A DNA stretch of 63,401 nt, filler included, from Trichomonas gallinae (GCA_008369845.1; 7 parts of 7 records of this genome joined end to end with filler, not necessarily neighbours in it); one strand, 5' to 3'; positions 42,804 through 54,703 are shown, counted from the first letter of the whole stretch. Notes: generated from the sequence alone by a model not told the origin. Numbers and translations are program-made.

Positions 42804-43778
42804 ATGAAGTTCAATTATAATATTCCTTATATAGATATATCATCAAAACTGCAACTTCTGATGATAGTTCTGTTAGTAGTTGCCTTTGTTGCTGCAATAA
42901 TTATTATGATTTCGAACCAAAAGCCAATTAATGAAATTATTTTTCAATTTCCTTATGTTAAGCAACCATTATATATTGCAGTTGATCCAGAAAATGAAGA
43001 CTCTACACAAGGACTTGCAATAAACATACAATCACCGCCAAATTTATCCATGTCTTTCATTATTCAAGTTAATGATGGACAAAACGATCTAGATTCAACA
43101 ATAACGACAGTAGAGAATGCAATAACTAAATTACAACAAGCAAGTCCAAATACAACCGCGGAAATTATTTTTGTTATTAACAGCAATCACATTTCTTTCC
43201 AAAGAATCATAAGAAATCACTTAAATAGGAACTTTACAGTCAAAATATTAAAGAGAAACCAACATTCAATATCAACTGGTGCAGCAAATATTTACGGAAG
43301 CCTTTTAGCTGAAGGAGAAGTCATAATTTATGTACCAGTCTTCAATAGTATTACAACTGATGATGTTTGCTTAATGTATAACCAATATAATGAATTGAGC
43401 AGATTAAATCCTGATTTATTGCTTATTGCTAATGATTTAACATTCCCAAGAAAGAGGATTTCCATGATATTAGGAAAAGTAATGAATTGCAATACAGGAA
43501 ATCCATTCCTCGGATTTGCCGCGATTTCAAGAAAGAAAATTAGTCATTTAGTGACAGGAATGAAAGCGCCAAGTGATGATGAGTTCATGTTTGAGCTCCT
43601 AATGTCCTGCTACATGCTCAACTTCCAAATCTCAAGTCTCAGATTTAATTATACAAAAATTGATAATGAGTTTAATAGCTTGTTAATTATACTCAAATAC
43701 TTTTTCATATACAGACTGCACATCTGGGATGCAGTCGCTGAGCAAAAATTCGAACCAAATGCAAAATTATATGAATAA
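42804..43778 (+). CDS. GT2/Alg5-like membrane protein lacking catalytic motifs
   Basis: TM, then LSMSFIIQVND, EIIFVINS, GAANIYGSLLAEGEVIIYVP, GFAAISRK and FMFELL are collinear with Alg5/Dpm1 blocks; no DxD. Alternative start at 42861. Confidence 0.6.
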   Translation: MKFNYNIPYIDISSKLQLLMIVLLVVAFVAAIIIMISNQKPINEIIFQFPYVKQPLYIAVDPENEDSTQGLAINIQSPPNLSMSFIIQVNDGQNDLDSTITTVENAITKLQQASPNTTAEIIFVINSNHISFQRIIRNHLNRNFTVKILKRNQHSISTGAANIYGSLLAEGEVIIYVPVFNSITTDDVCLMYNQYNELSRLNPDLLLIANDLTFPRKRISMILGKVMNCNTGNPFLGFAAISRKKISHLVTGMKAPSDDEFMFELLMSCYMLNFQISSLRFNYTKIDNEFNSLLIILKYFFIYRLHIWDAVAEQKFEPNAKLYE

Positions 43779-44179
43779 CTTTGATATAATTAACAAGTCT
43801 CATATTTACATGTGCAAAATTATTTTTCGTTGCATATATTAGAAATTCAACTATAATATTCAAGACAAAATGCAAATTTTCAAATATCAAAATTTTATTA
43901 AGCATTTTAATTGTCAATTTCTTATATTAATTATATATTTATTTGTTTCTAAATCATTTAGTATATTTAAAATATTTATATTAATTAAATTACAAAAAAA
44001 TCATAATTGAATTTACAAAAATTAATGATATTAAATATATGGATGATGATTTTAGAACTTCATTGATTTTATGATAAATTAATTCATCAAAATGAATCAT
44101 GATTATCAATGATAAAAAAATGATGATATATGAATAAATACATACAAAATTTTACAAACATAATATATAAATAACAATA

Positions 44180-47116
44180 TTAATTTGGTATTCTTCTGCC
44201 GCTTCTCTGTCGTGTTGAGTGAGATGTTGATGCCCTTCTTGTTGACTTTGTTCCTCCAATTGATTTCTCCGATTCATGTCGTTGGATGATATTTCGTGAT
44301 TCGACAGGAATTTTTCTTTCGCCGGCCAAAAACTCTGTGAAGAACGTGAATTCTTTCTCTATGTCAGCCATTAAATTATTCGACAACATCTTCTTCTCAT
44401 ATATATCACGGTCCTCAACATCTCTCTTCGTCTTATTCATTGATTCAGTGAAAACATTGACATAATGTGAAGTAATTTCTAAAGCTTTGGTATCATATTG
44501 ATCTGACGCTTTAATAAACTGCTTCTTTATGTTCTCTAGTGATCTGTAAAAATCTCTTTCTTGTTTATCAGAGTCTTCATGATTTTGTTGGATAATTTTG
44601 TCAATACTTTGATTGGAAGATGTCAACATGTCATTTTGCTGGATTTTTAATGATTCCAATCTATTCAGCATTCTTTGAATTTCCATTTTATGATTCTTTT
44701 CTAGTTCTGCTTTCGCAACATTTGTTTTTTCTATTATCTGGTTTTTAACTGGCTGATTTTGGATTGATAATAAGTTTATTGACTCTTCTATCTCTTTAGT
44801 ACAGTCCTTATACATTTGTTCTTCTGTTTCAAAAGTGTGTTGAATCAAGCTTTTTTGTTTTTCTATTTTTGCTTTCTCGCTTTCGATTTCTTTTTTAAGT
44901 TTTTGTATCTGTCCATCAGAAGCCGAAATTCTGTCTTCAATTGATACTTCAGCTCTCACTTGTTGCTCTGCTATTTGCCTTATTTTCTCTTTCTCGAGAA
45001 CACCGCTTTTTAGTTGATTTATTTTCTTTAAAATTTCTGCTTTTTGTTTTTCATAATTTTGTTTAATTTCTTCTAAATATCTTGTTTTCTTTAATATCAA
45101 ATCATCAGCCCTGTTCTTTGCTTGTTGTACTCTTCTTATTGCTTCAATGATTTCGCATCCTTGTTGATTTTCTTCTTTTGTATATAACTTGCTGATGTTT
45201 TCGATAGAATCTTTTAATTTCACTTGGTCAACTGTTATCTGTATCTCATATCCTTCTATTATTTCCGATGTCTGTGTTTTTATTGATCTTTGGAAAGCTC
45301 TCAATGATTTGTCTGCATTGTTTATCTGTTGGTCCATGTTTGATATTGTTTTTTCTAATGTGTCTTTCGAGTATTGTGTAGATGCTTCTTGGTTCTTTAA
45401 TTGTGTCTCTAGTTTGAGAATGTTGAATTTGTGGTTTTCGACTTCTTTGGCATTTGTTATTTCATTTTCTAGCTTTTCGCAATTTTCCTTAAATATTTTT
45501 TCATTTTCTTGTTTGACTTGTGATTCTTTCTCGCTTAAATTATTTGCAAATCCTTGCTGAGTTTCTGTGTATTTCTTCGCTTTTTGTTCTGTATAACGAT
45601 TTGACATTTGCAAATAATTTTCACTTTTTTGATTTTCTCGATCTTTGTAAGTTTTCTCAAGATTTTCAACTTGAATATTGTTTTCTTCTATGTGTTTATT
45701 CTCTATTTGTTCATTTTCTTGCTTTATGTTCTGTATAAGTTGTTGTGTGTTTGTGTTTTCGCTGTCAAAACTGTTTTGAGAAATTTTTGCGAGTTTTTCG
45801 ATTTCGCTGAATTTTTCATCCAAAAACTGCATCAAATTTGCTAATGATTCTGTGTATCTTGTCTGTTCGCTCTTGATGTACATAGTAAAGTGGTCTAATT
45901 CACTTTCTATGTTTGCCTGAAATTTATTTTTGGATTCGTTTCTCGTCGAAATATTTTCTTGAATATTTTGCATCATCATTTTCATTTGTTCTTCTGATTG
46001 GTTGAGGATGTTTTGTATGTCGTGCTCGTTCCTCATGTTCTTCGATCTCGCCAGTGTCTGCTCTGCAATGTATTTTTCGTGTTGATTTTTCCTTTGGTTG
46101 TCATCAAACTCGTTTTTCTTTCTAATTTGTTCATCGCTTTGCCATCTAGTTTCTTCTTCCTGCTTTATTACTGCTTCTTTCTGCTTTTGTATGTTATTTA
46201 ACTCGTCTTGATGAAGTTTTGCCATGTGATTATTTTGCCTTTCGAGAAGTTTCAGGGCTTTGTTATGTTCTCTTTGTTCGTTTTGTATTTTCTTGATCAT
46301 TTCATCTTTCTTGGAATCTGTTTTGGTCTGTGATGCCAATGCTGCGTTAATAATTTTCTTATATTCTGGTTTCGACTTAGAAACGTAATCTGTCGATGCT
46401 TTTCGAACTACTATGAATGAATTATTGATATCTATTAATGATTTTTGTAAAACAACGAGTCTCTGTTTGTAATTAACAAAATCTGAAATTCTTTTACGTA
46501 TTTCTGTGGATAATGCTCGTTTTATTTGTCCATTCAGCTCTGCGAGTGTAATATCCTGCTGTTCTTGCATTTTGCGAAATTTTAAAGTTGATTCGTCAAT
46601 CAAATCTTGTATTAGGCGTAGTTTTTCTTGCATTTCAGGATTGTTTCGTAACATGGCATTCTTGGAACGTTTTGATTTTAGCTTTTTAACTGATGAAAAG
46701 AACTCTTCTGAGACTTTTACGACATTATTTGCTGAAATTGTCAAATCTGTTTCGATTTGGACGCATTCTTTGCGCAAAGCTTTGAAATTTGAGACAATGT
46801 CAGCGAAAGCTGCTGCTACTTCCTTCACACTCGCTGTATATTCGCCTTTTGAATCTTTATATTTATTTCCGTAATGGCGACATAGTCTGTCTATGACGGA
46901 TTTGCGATATTTACTCATCTGAGAGCCCAATGCGTTGAGCTTATCTATGTAGTCATCGCTCAAATCGTGAATAGATTTCTCATAATTGTTACAATAGCGA
47001 ACAAGCGATGTTTGAGTATCGCGCGTTTGTTCGGCCATGACAGTGATGACTTTAACGAGCTGAGCAACCTTCTTACACGAGTTGTGCGAAAAGGCTTCAG
47101 CTCTTTCAGCAAACAT
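44180..47116 (-). CDS. Long coiled-coil protein, FAM184-like
   Basis: N-terminal SCKKVAQLVKVI resembles the FAM184 signature SKKIAQLTKVI; about 900 aa of coiled coil. Confidence 0.7.
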   Translation of the reverse strand: MFAERAEAFSHNSCKKVAQLVKVITVMAEQTRDTQTSLVRYCNNYEKSIHDLSDDYIDKLNALGSQMSKYRKSVIDRLCRHYGNKYKDSKGEYTASVKEVAAAFADIVSNFKALRKECVQIETDLTISANNVVKVSEEFFSSVKKLKSKRSKNAMLRNNPEMQEKLRLIQDLIDESTLKFRKMQEQQDITLAELNGQIKRALSTEIRKRISDFVNYKQRLVVLQKSLIDINNSFIVVRKASTDYVSKSKPEYKKIINAALASQTKTDSKKDEMIKKIQNEQREHNKALKLLERQNNHMAKLHQDELNNIQKQKEAVIKQEEETRWQSDEQIRKKNEFDDNQRKNQHEKYIAEQTLARSKNMRNEHDIQNILNQSEEQMKMMMQNIQENISTRNESKNKFQANIESELDHFTMYIKSEQTRYTESLANLMQFLDEKFSEIEKLAKISQNSFDSENTNTQQLIQNIKQENEQIENKHIEENNIQVENLEKTYKDRENQKSENYLQMSNRYTEQKAKKYTETQQGFANNLSEKESQVKQENEKIFKENCEKLENEITNAKEVENHKFNILKLETQLKNQEASTQYSKDTLEKTISNMDQQINNADKSLRAFQRSIKTQTSEIIEGYEIQITVDQVKLKDSIENISKLYTKEENQQGCEIIEAIRRVQQAKNRADDLILKKTRYLEEIKQNYEKQKAEILKKINQLKSGVLEKEKIRQIAEQQVRAEVSIEDRISASDGQIQKLKKEIESEKAKIEKQKSLIQHTFETEEQMYKDCTKEIEESINLLSIQNQPVKNQIIEKTNVAKAELEKNHKMEIQRMLNRLESLKIQQNDMLTSSNQSIDKIIQQNHEDSDKQERDFYRSLENIKKQFIKASDQYDTKALEITSHYVNVFTESMNKTKRDVEDRDIYEKKMLSNNLMADIEKEFTFFTEFLAGERKIPVESRNIIQRHESEKSIGGTKSTRRASTSHSTRQRSGRRIPN

Positions 47117-47681
47117 TAACGTACTTTTTTTATTTCATCAAAAATAATTAACAAAACTATTAGTTTACATCTTTCTAAATATCATATTTCAATTTGGAGG
47201 CTTGTTTATTAACTTTTAATTTTATTTGAAATTATTCAATTTTCAAAAGCTATAGATACATCAAAAAAATTAACTTAGTAAATAAACTATATCTTTTTTG
47301 ATGTTATATCTCGATTCGAGGGCTTATATATTAATAATTAATTTAATTTGGGATTATCAAATTTTCAAAACTTATTATTTCCGATCATTTAGATATTCAT
47401 CATATTTCTATTTCTGGATTGTGTGATGAAAACGTGTTTATGCATTAAAATCCTGTCAATATGATGGAATTTCGAATCAAGATCAATGCTTTAACATACA
47501 TCATATTATTATTTCATCATATTAATCATTTTAAAGATAATATTCTATCCATGAATGCCTTACAAAATGAATTCATATTCATTGATATGATAATATTATT
47601 TTTTAAATCAAAAATAATATATTACAACAGTAGTGCTCCAAATCCAAATGTTTAGTAGTCAATTATACAAAATATCTATGA

Positions 47682-48689
47682 TCAATAGTTTAAAAAGATT
47701 ATCACGTAATAAATAAGATAATCATAATCATTGTGACAAGAATAATCATTATTAGCTGAACATTGACAGACTTTATTTGTTTTTGCATTGTTAATTTGTG
47801 CCACACATTCACCCAATGATAAGAAAGGAGCAACGACTGTAAATGGTGAGTTAACACTATTTTGAATAGCAAGAGTGCATGAATAAGACGAAACAGAGTC
47901 TGCATGACAATTCGTTAAACCGATTGTTTTTAGACTTGTATCAATATGAAATAGAGGAGTGCCAATATTGCCTAAGATACAGCATGATTCGAATTCGAAG
48001 TTTCCACGTCCTGTAATAATTCCTCTGGAATTCTGTGATCGACTATTATCGATAATATTTGATGAAGAAATTTTAGACAAACCACTAGTCCACATTCCAA
48101 TAATCACTTCTATTTGCTGTGAGTTATCTCTTATATTTAGGAACTTATTGTTTATATTGGAGTTTCCACCATTATGAATATAACCAGAATAATATTGACA
48201 TTTATTATTTGTAATATTTAAATTTGATGAAAATTCAGGCCCTCTTTCGATACAGAAAATACGATAACCAGTTGATGTACTTGATCCACAATTTGCAACA
48301 GTAGTTAGATTAATAAATAACTTTGTGCTTGCTGCATCTGGAACAGAAACATAGAATGTTATGTCGCTTCCAGAGTCTTTTACTGATTTTGAATAACAAA
48401 CTCTATCATGAATAAAGCTTCCACTGCTTGTAAAATATAATGATCCACCATTGTAGTTTGAAGCAGAAGAACACTCAGTAAAAGATGTGTCTTCAACTAG
48501 AAGGTTGTCTTTTGCTGGTGAGGCGTCAATTCTTACAGCGGCATAATCAGTTTGTCGAATGAAGTCACATGATGCAACATAAAAACTGCCAGAAGACGCC
48601 TGAAAAGCTGTTTTTACTTCAAATTTTGGTGTGTACAGTGCTCCTCCGAAGTATGTCGACCAATCTAAACATTTTTTATTGAAATTCAA
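47682..48689 (-). CDS. Pmp-like (GGA/FxxC beta-helix) hypothetical family protein; no in-frame AUG near 5' end
   Basis: DWSTYFG, LLVEDTSFTECSS...GGSLYF, DRVCYS, SCCILGN, FLSLGECVA. ATG at 48672 is one base out of frame. Confidence 0.65.
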   Translation of the reverse strand: MNFNKKCLDWSTYFGGALYTPKFEVKTAFQASSGSFYVASCDFIRQTDYAAVRIDASPAKDNLLVEDTSFTECSSASNYNGGSLYFTSSGSFIHDRVCYSKSVKDSGSDITFYVSVPDAASTKLFINLTTVANCGSSTSTGYRIFCIERGPEFSSNLNITNNKCQYYSGYIHNGGNSNINNKFLNIRDNSQQIEVIIGMWTSGLSKISSSNIIDNSRSQNSRGIITGRGNFEFESCCILGNIGTPLFHIDTSLKTIGLTNCHADSVSSYSCTLAIQNSVNSPFTVVAPFLSLGECVAQINNAKTNKVCQCSANNDYSCHNDYDYLIYYVIIFLNY

Positions 48690-49243
48690 TGAAGCCGATT
48701 AAACTCGGCTACATCATCATTTCTGTCATTTATCGTTTCAAAACTAAATTTCCTACAAATAAAAATATGATTGTAACAATTTAAAACTCTATCATATTGA
48801 TGTTAAAATGATTTTGGATTATTACAGATTATCAGCTATTTTTGTCCAAGGTTCATATTATATAATTAACTATATTGTAAATCAAATCAACATATGCAGG
48901 TAAATTATTTTCATCCCATAAAATGGCTTAAATTAATCAGACATGAATTTTTTTGTAATAAAACCTCAATATTTCATCAGCATTATATGATCAAAATGCA
49001 TCCATATAAATAGAATATAGAATATGAGCTATACAATTTGATATCGCGCTTGATTCTAGTGATAAAAATAGAAAGATAAAAAGAGAATCAATCTATACAC
49101 AGTGCTTGATGAAAAGAGAATTAGTTTCCATATCCATCGTGCGTGCCTCACTTTTGTGATGCGTGTGTGAAATCAAAAAAAGTTTGCACTATCAATGCAT
49201 AAAAATAGATGTAATTGCTAATCATTAATTAAGTACATTTATT

Positions 49244-50425
49244 CTATTTGAGTCCTTTTTCGGCTTTGATTGTGTTGATTGCATTAACCAAGCGTTTGCA
49301 GCCTTCAACAAGCTTGGCTTCTGGATGGGAGAAGCAGAGTCTGAACCATCCTGGATATTTGTATCTGAAGCCGCAGGCACCAGGAAGAATGTGGATATTA
49401 AACCTGTCGATGAGGTCAAGCCAAATCTTTCTCTCTTCCTCAGCATTTGGAGCGATTTCTGTTAAATCTAGCATCAAGAATAAAGATGCATTGTATTTGT
49501 TGAATTTGACGCCACCTTCAGATAGAATCTTCATTGCTATCTGTTCTGACTGTGCGAGACGCTTCTTAAAGTCAACAATCATCTTATCACGAAGATCATA
49601 ATCGCAAAAGATTCGTTCGAGGTACTGCTTTGTATCGCCGGGGAGAGAGAAGCCGTTTGCAGCCTCACTCATTGCGTTGTAGACTTCTACATTTCGTGAA
49701 TAGAAGAAACCAACATGCTGGCCAGCCATACCCCAGTCCTTTGAGATGCCATAGAGGTGGTGAATGCGTATTGGATCAGCAGCTGGGTGTTCCATCATTG
49801 AAACAAACTGTGTTCCATCTCTTAAGCTTAAACCGTAGACTTCATCTGTGATAACATGGAGAAGTGGGTTCTTCTTTGCCCAGTTAAGGACTTCCTCTTG
49901 GTTTGGAATAACTTCACCAATTGGGTTTCCTGGATTTGTGAGCAAAAGAATTCTGGCATCAGCTGGAGGCTCAGGTGGGAGGTTATCAAGCTCTATATAC
50001 TGAACTTTGCCACCAGATGAGAACATATCTGGCTCAAAGCAGCCATAACATGGTTTTGGAATCAATATAATTTCACCTGGTTCGCAGAAAACCAATGAAA
50101 GACATTCAACGAGGTGAGCAATACCAGATCCAACTAATATGTGATCTGGATTAACGTCTTTCATTGCAAAATACTTTTCATAAAGATTTGCAATCGCGTT
50201 CTTGAGATTTGTTTTAACATAAGAGCCACCATATGTGTAATACCACTCGGTGAACTCAGGGCGATTCTTCATTAGCGGTAAAAGGTAGTCATTAAGAAGA
50301 TGATTTTCTGCTGTGCCGAGATTGATAACTTGTGGGTTGTGTGCACATCTCGCTGAGCCAATCTCAAGGTCTGAGCACGGTTTGGACAGTAAACGCTTGA
50401 CGTATGTTGTTGGTCTGTAAGACAT
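49244..50425 (-). CDS. PLP-dependent aminotransferase class I/II, ACC-synthase-like
   Basis: INLGTAENHL, TNPGNPIG, DEVY, SKDWG (PLP lysine), PGWFRLCF. ATG at 50425 follows Inr TCACTTCATTTT. Confidence 0.92.
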   Translation of the reverse strand: MSYRPTTYVKRLLSKPCSDLEIGSARCAHNPQVINLGTAENHLLNDYLLPLMKNRPEFTEWYYTYGGSYVKTNLKNAIANLYEKYFAMKDVNPDHILVGSGIAHLVECLSLVFCEPGEIILIPKPCYGCFEPDMFSSGGKVQYIELDNLPPEPPADARILLLTNPGNPIGEVIPNQEEVLNWAKKNPLLHVITDEVYGLSLRDGTQFVSMMEHPAADPIRIHHLYGISKDWGMAGQHVGFFYSRNVEVYNAMSEAANGFSLPGDTKQYLERIFCDYDLRDKMIVDFKKRLAQSEQIAMKILSEGGVKFNKYNASLFLMLDLTEIAPNAEEERKIWLDLIDRFNIHILPGACGFRYKYPGWFRLCFSHPEAKLVEGCKRLVNAINTIKAEKGLK

Positions 50426-51712
50426 TGATGTGAAAATGAAGTGAACAGATTTTAACACAAAATTTTGTGATTTTGGATTTTAAAAATAGGATCTTTACTA
50501 TATATACATACTAAAAATGCAAGCGATTGTCAAAAAATTCTAATTTTTTTATTTTTGCTTTTGTTCAAATATTTACAAATCTAATTGTACGATTCTCGAT
50601 TTTTATTTGATAATTTATTAGAGTAAGTAGTCATCTATAATATGCATACGACAAACATTTTTCACTCCTTTTATTTCTCGAGAAAAACAGCGAATAAAAT
50701 TATCGAAAAAATTATTTAAAATCTATGAATTCATATGTACAGATATGTCTTTTAATCCTTTAGTAGACTCATAGTTGATTTTCCTCTTTCCTCGAGATCT
50801 TCAAGTCCTATCAATTCAATTTTTATTAAAATAGTAAATTGATAACAATGTTATAAGCATTTAATCTATGCACTTTGCATAAGATTAATGAACACAATAA
50901 TATTATCACTTTTTGCTAATATATTTGTGGTCAAACACTTCTAGAAAAGGCATTTTTTAAAAAAAAAAATGTTTCATAAAATTTTGACAACATCTGACGT
51001 GTAAATTATAGAAAATAATAATGAATATGACAATCCGTCATGTAAATCTATATTCTTTACTTCTTGTTTAAGGATGGCATCCATCACGACTTTTTTATTG
51101 ATGTCATAACTCAGGATAGCATTCATTCAGAAGATTAAAACCTATATGATATTATACTAATATGAATATAGAATACGTAGCATCCTTAAATTATAAAAAC
51201 TTTGGGTTCAGTTCTTTGTATATTACAAGCTATTTAGATATGACATTACCCAATTGATGAGCTTTCCAATCAATATTACGCATTTTATAATCAAGAGATA
51301 ATTTTATCAAATAAAAAAACTCTGGGTTCGGTTCTTTGAGTATTACTGTCACTATATCTGCATGAATATAGATAATGCTGAATGAAAAACCTGTCAAATA
51401 ATGATGATTTAAATTGGGCAAATTAAAAGCTATGTATATATGTCATCAGCTAATTGTGCTTGAATATTATTTTTAGTACATTTTAATTTGGAGATATTTT
51501 CAATTACAATCTTAATAGCCTGTATAATAATACTTTTGTATTATGATATAATCATTAACCAGTTTTTATGATTTTGGCATTTATATATGGTTATCCCAAA
51601 ATGGCAGCCTTTTTCTGATAATTCATATCTATCAATCAAATTATTAATGACAATTTAATTAAACAATCTAATAGATATAATCAACATATAAAGATTAGCA
51701 TGGATATAGCAT

Positions 51713-52240
51713 CTAAAAGAGCATTTCTGACTCGAATGGAATCGAATTGAAATCAACTGCCTTGAAAACATCTTCCAACGAGTGCGTCTGCTCTGTAATT
51801 TTTTGTACTGGCTCTTCATCAGTATTTTCACTACTTATCTGATCAAAGAAATCGGATCTAAAATTAATTTTTCTGCATAAGACATTCCAACGATTCTTAA
51901 TCTGAACATCAGTTCTATTCTTAAAGAATTGTGTTATATAAACCCATGATGGTCCATATTCTTTAACCTTGCTGATCAATAACTGATCTTCATCTTCTGT
52001 CCAAGGCCCTTTGTTTAAGTCAGGGCTTAAATAATAGAACCATCTATCTCTGACTTGTCTTTCATTACGCCATGGCATTTTGTCGACAATAGTTAGCCAA
52101 GCATCTGTACCGTATTGATTAACGAGCTTGATCAACTGCTGATCTTCTTCAGGTGTGAATTTGAATTTTCCTTGTTTCTTGTCTCTCTTGCTATGGTGGT
52201 ATGGTGAATACGTATGTCTGCGCAGAGAAACAGAAGACAT
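51713..52240 (-). CDS. R2R3 Myb transcription factor
   Basis: KFTPEEDQQL...RQVRDRW..YLSP...GPWTEDEDQLL...NRTDVQIKNRW. Confidence 0.96.
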   Translation of the reverse strand: MSSVSLRRHTYSPYHHSKRDKKQGKFKFTPEEDQQLIKLVNQYGTDAWLTIVDKMPWRNERQVRDRWFYYLSPDLNKGPWTEDEDQLLISKVKEYGPSWVYITQFFKNRTDVQIKNRWNVLCRKINFRSDFFDQISSENTDEEPVQKITEQTHSLEDVFKAVDFNSIPFESEMLF

Positions 52241-53572
52241 TCGTGTAAAAATAAAATCTAAAAGAATTGAATATATTTTTGCGGTTAACTTGAATGCAAC
52301 AGAATTTTTGAATACAATAACGAAATAATTTCAATAAAATGATTAGCAAAAACTTAATAACTATATTTTATATGCATATTGGATTTTCCACGATAAAATT
52401 TTTGAGTTTGAATTCAAATAAAAAACTAATAATGATTAATTATTAGGTATTTTTTATAATAAAATTTTTAGTTTCAATTTGTATTCAAGAATCGTCAATT
52501 TTGAGAACGAAAGGAATTGAAATATATGATTAGAATACATTAACGAGCTAGATTTTAAATTTATTTTATGTCATTGAGAATTTATCAAAAGAAATGACAA
52601 CTTGGACTATATAAAATTGCGATTAAAATTATCAATAAAAATATTTCCAGATTATGGTCTCAAATCCCAAGTTCTCAAAAATAAAAATATTTCGAAAAAA
52701 CATTGCTTATATTGATTGCTATCGATATTTACTATCAATTTGAGAACTCTCCGATGGCAATTCAATTTTCATTTAAAAAATAAAACTTTCCTAACAATTC
52801 AAAATAATGGAGGATATCACAAAAAATATATTCTCGATCATATTGTTTATTGCTTTGAGCAGTATAGGTCATGAACCAGAAGGATTCAATCTTTTTGATA
52901 GATGGATTTTCTGTTGTTTCCACTTGAGAATAGGTAATTTCATCAATAAACACATCTATTAGTCATATAATTGCCATATTAATAATTAAAATTTACATTG
53001 AAATTTTCTTTATCAGAAAATACTATTGCCTGTGAGTGTGATAATATTGGATGAGATACCTGTATTACAGCTATTTTTTGAGGATGTATGGTTTGGTTGC
53101 GCCGACAATATCTTCCGCAAATAATAAAAATAATGATTAAAGCGTATCAGCATGGTAAACTTGTGTATAACATGTCAAATGATCGTAATCATAGATGTTC
53201 GGTCCCATTTTATCGTCAAAAATTTTGCACTGTTGAAAAATCGTCAATACCATGATTTTGATATGTACATTGTGATCATAACAGTAATACCAATCGAATA
53301 TATCAGCCATTAACCCCAAAACTACGAAATATTTTTCGAAAAAATATTAACCCTCTTGAAAGTCGTGTTGTTTGGTTTTTATTATTCTATATGTGTTTAT
53401 CTGCATTTATCTTTATGGGAACTGAACGAATTTTTTTATGGGTCAATAATTAAAATTCTTGTAAAAATGGAATATTTATATAGCATTTCTTAATAAATTT
53501 TGATTTTGGTTGAAAAACATTTTTAAAAAGGGTCCAGGTGTAAGACCCCAAATGAACGTTTTTTAATTACAT

Positions 53573-53836
53573 ATGGATAAGAAGAGAGAACTTTATAAGA
53601 GATATTTAGACGAGAAACATGTTATGGATATGCTTTCAAAAATTATTGTGTCTCTCTATGAACTCCAAGAAAAGCCAGAAGACCCTTTGCAATATATTCA
53701 GGATTATCTCGGCTCTACTGGAAGCGTTGACATGCCTGCAATACGTGCAGAAAATGCAAAAATGCAAAAGAAAATAGACGAATTGAAAGAACAACTCGAA
53801 AAATTGAATGCGAAGAAAGAAGAACCGAAAACATAG
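53573..53836 (+). CDS. MYCBP: c-Myc-binding protein (AMY-1/MYCBP) homolog
   Basis: KRELYKRYLD...DMLSKIIVSLYELQEKPEDPLQYIQDYLG plus C-terminal coiled coil. Confidence 0.88.
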   Translation: MDKKRELYKRYLDEKHVMDMLSKIIVSLYELQEKPEDPLQYIQDYLGSTGSVDMPAIRAENAKMQKKIDELKEQLEKLNAKKEEPKT

Positions 53837-54167
53837 CTCATTTGTTTCGTTTTTGTTTTGTTTATAAACTATTATGTTGCATAGACTACTTAATTCTGTT
53901 ATAAAATACTGAAATTAATCTACACTCCAATATTCGTTCTCCAAACTCTTATCCAAGAAAAATATAAACTCTACAGCACCAAATTAATGGTATTTTCTCA
54001 TTTTTTCTTCAGAAAATGAAAAATTCAATAGAAATTGCTAAAGATAATAGTTTATAAATCATGCTTGAGTTTTATAGCTGCTTATTTAGTAGAAAAGTTA
54101 ACTATTAGCAAAGAAGAGAGAAAAAGAATTTAATTTCAAACCAATAAATCTAACTCTTTAAAATAGT

Positions 54168-54703
54168 TTAGTAGCGGTAAGCCTCAGACTTGTATGGGCC
54201 GTTGACTGGAACGTTGATGTAGTCAGCCTGCTTCTGTGTGAGTGTTGTGAGGTGAACATCGAGGGATCCAAGGTGGAGGCGAGCGACTTCTTCATCGAGC
54301 TGCTTGGAGAGTGTGTAGACCTTCTTCTCGAGCTTGCCCTTCTTCTCGAGGAGCTCGATCTGGGCGAGTGTCTGGTTTGTGAAGGACATTGACATAACAA
54401 AGGATGGGTGTCCTGTAGCGCAGCCAAGGTTAAGAAGGCGGCCCTCAGCGAGAAGGAGGATGGCGTGGCCGTCTGGGAATTCCCACATGTCGTACTCTGG
54501 CTTGATTGGGATGTGCTTGATGCCTGGGTACTTCTTGAGGCCCTCTGTGTCGATTTCGTTATCGAAGTGACCGATGTTGCCGACGATAGCCTTGTCCTTC
54601 ATCTGAGCCATCATCTCGACAGAGATGATGTCGCAGTTGCCTGTGCATGTGACGAAGATATCGACATCCTTGACGACTTCCTCGATGCGGCGGACCTGGT
54701 AGC
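54168..54703 (-). CDS. SAHH: S-adenosylhomocysteine hydrolase, 3' part
   Basis: Frame open from the linker: [22 protein letters not shown]...[10 protein letters not shown]...[25 protein letters not shown]...[10 protein letters not shown]. Confidence 0.98.

Noticed and set aside
51196..51340. Two ~23-bp imperfect direct repeats (AAAACTyTGGGTTCrGTTCTTTG)
   Set aside because: Only two copies; not CRISPR-like and there are no cas genes. Probably a local duplication.
52762..53319. Short minus-strand ORFs with slightly raised GC
   Set aside because: Possibly a decayed gene, but no family is recognisable.
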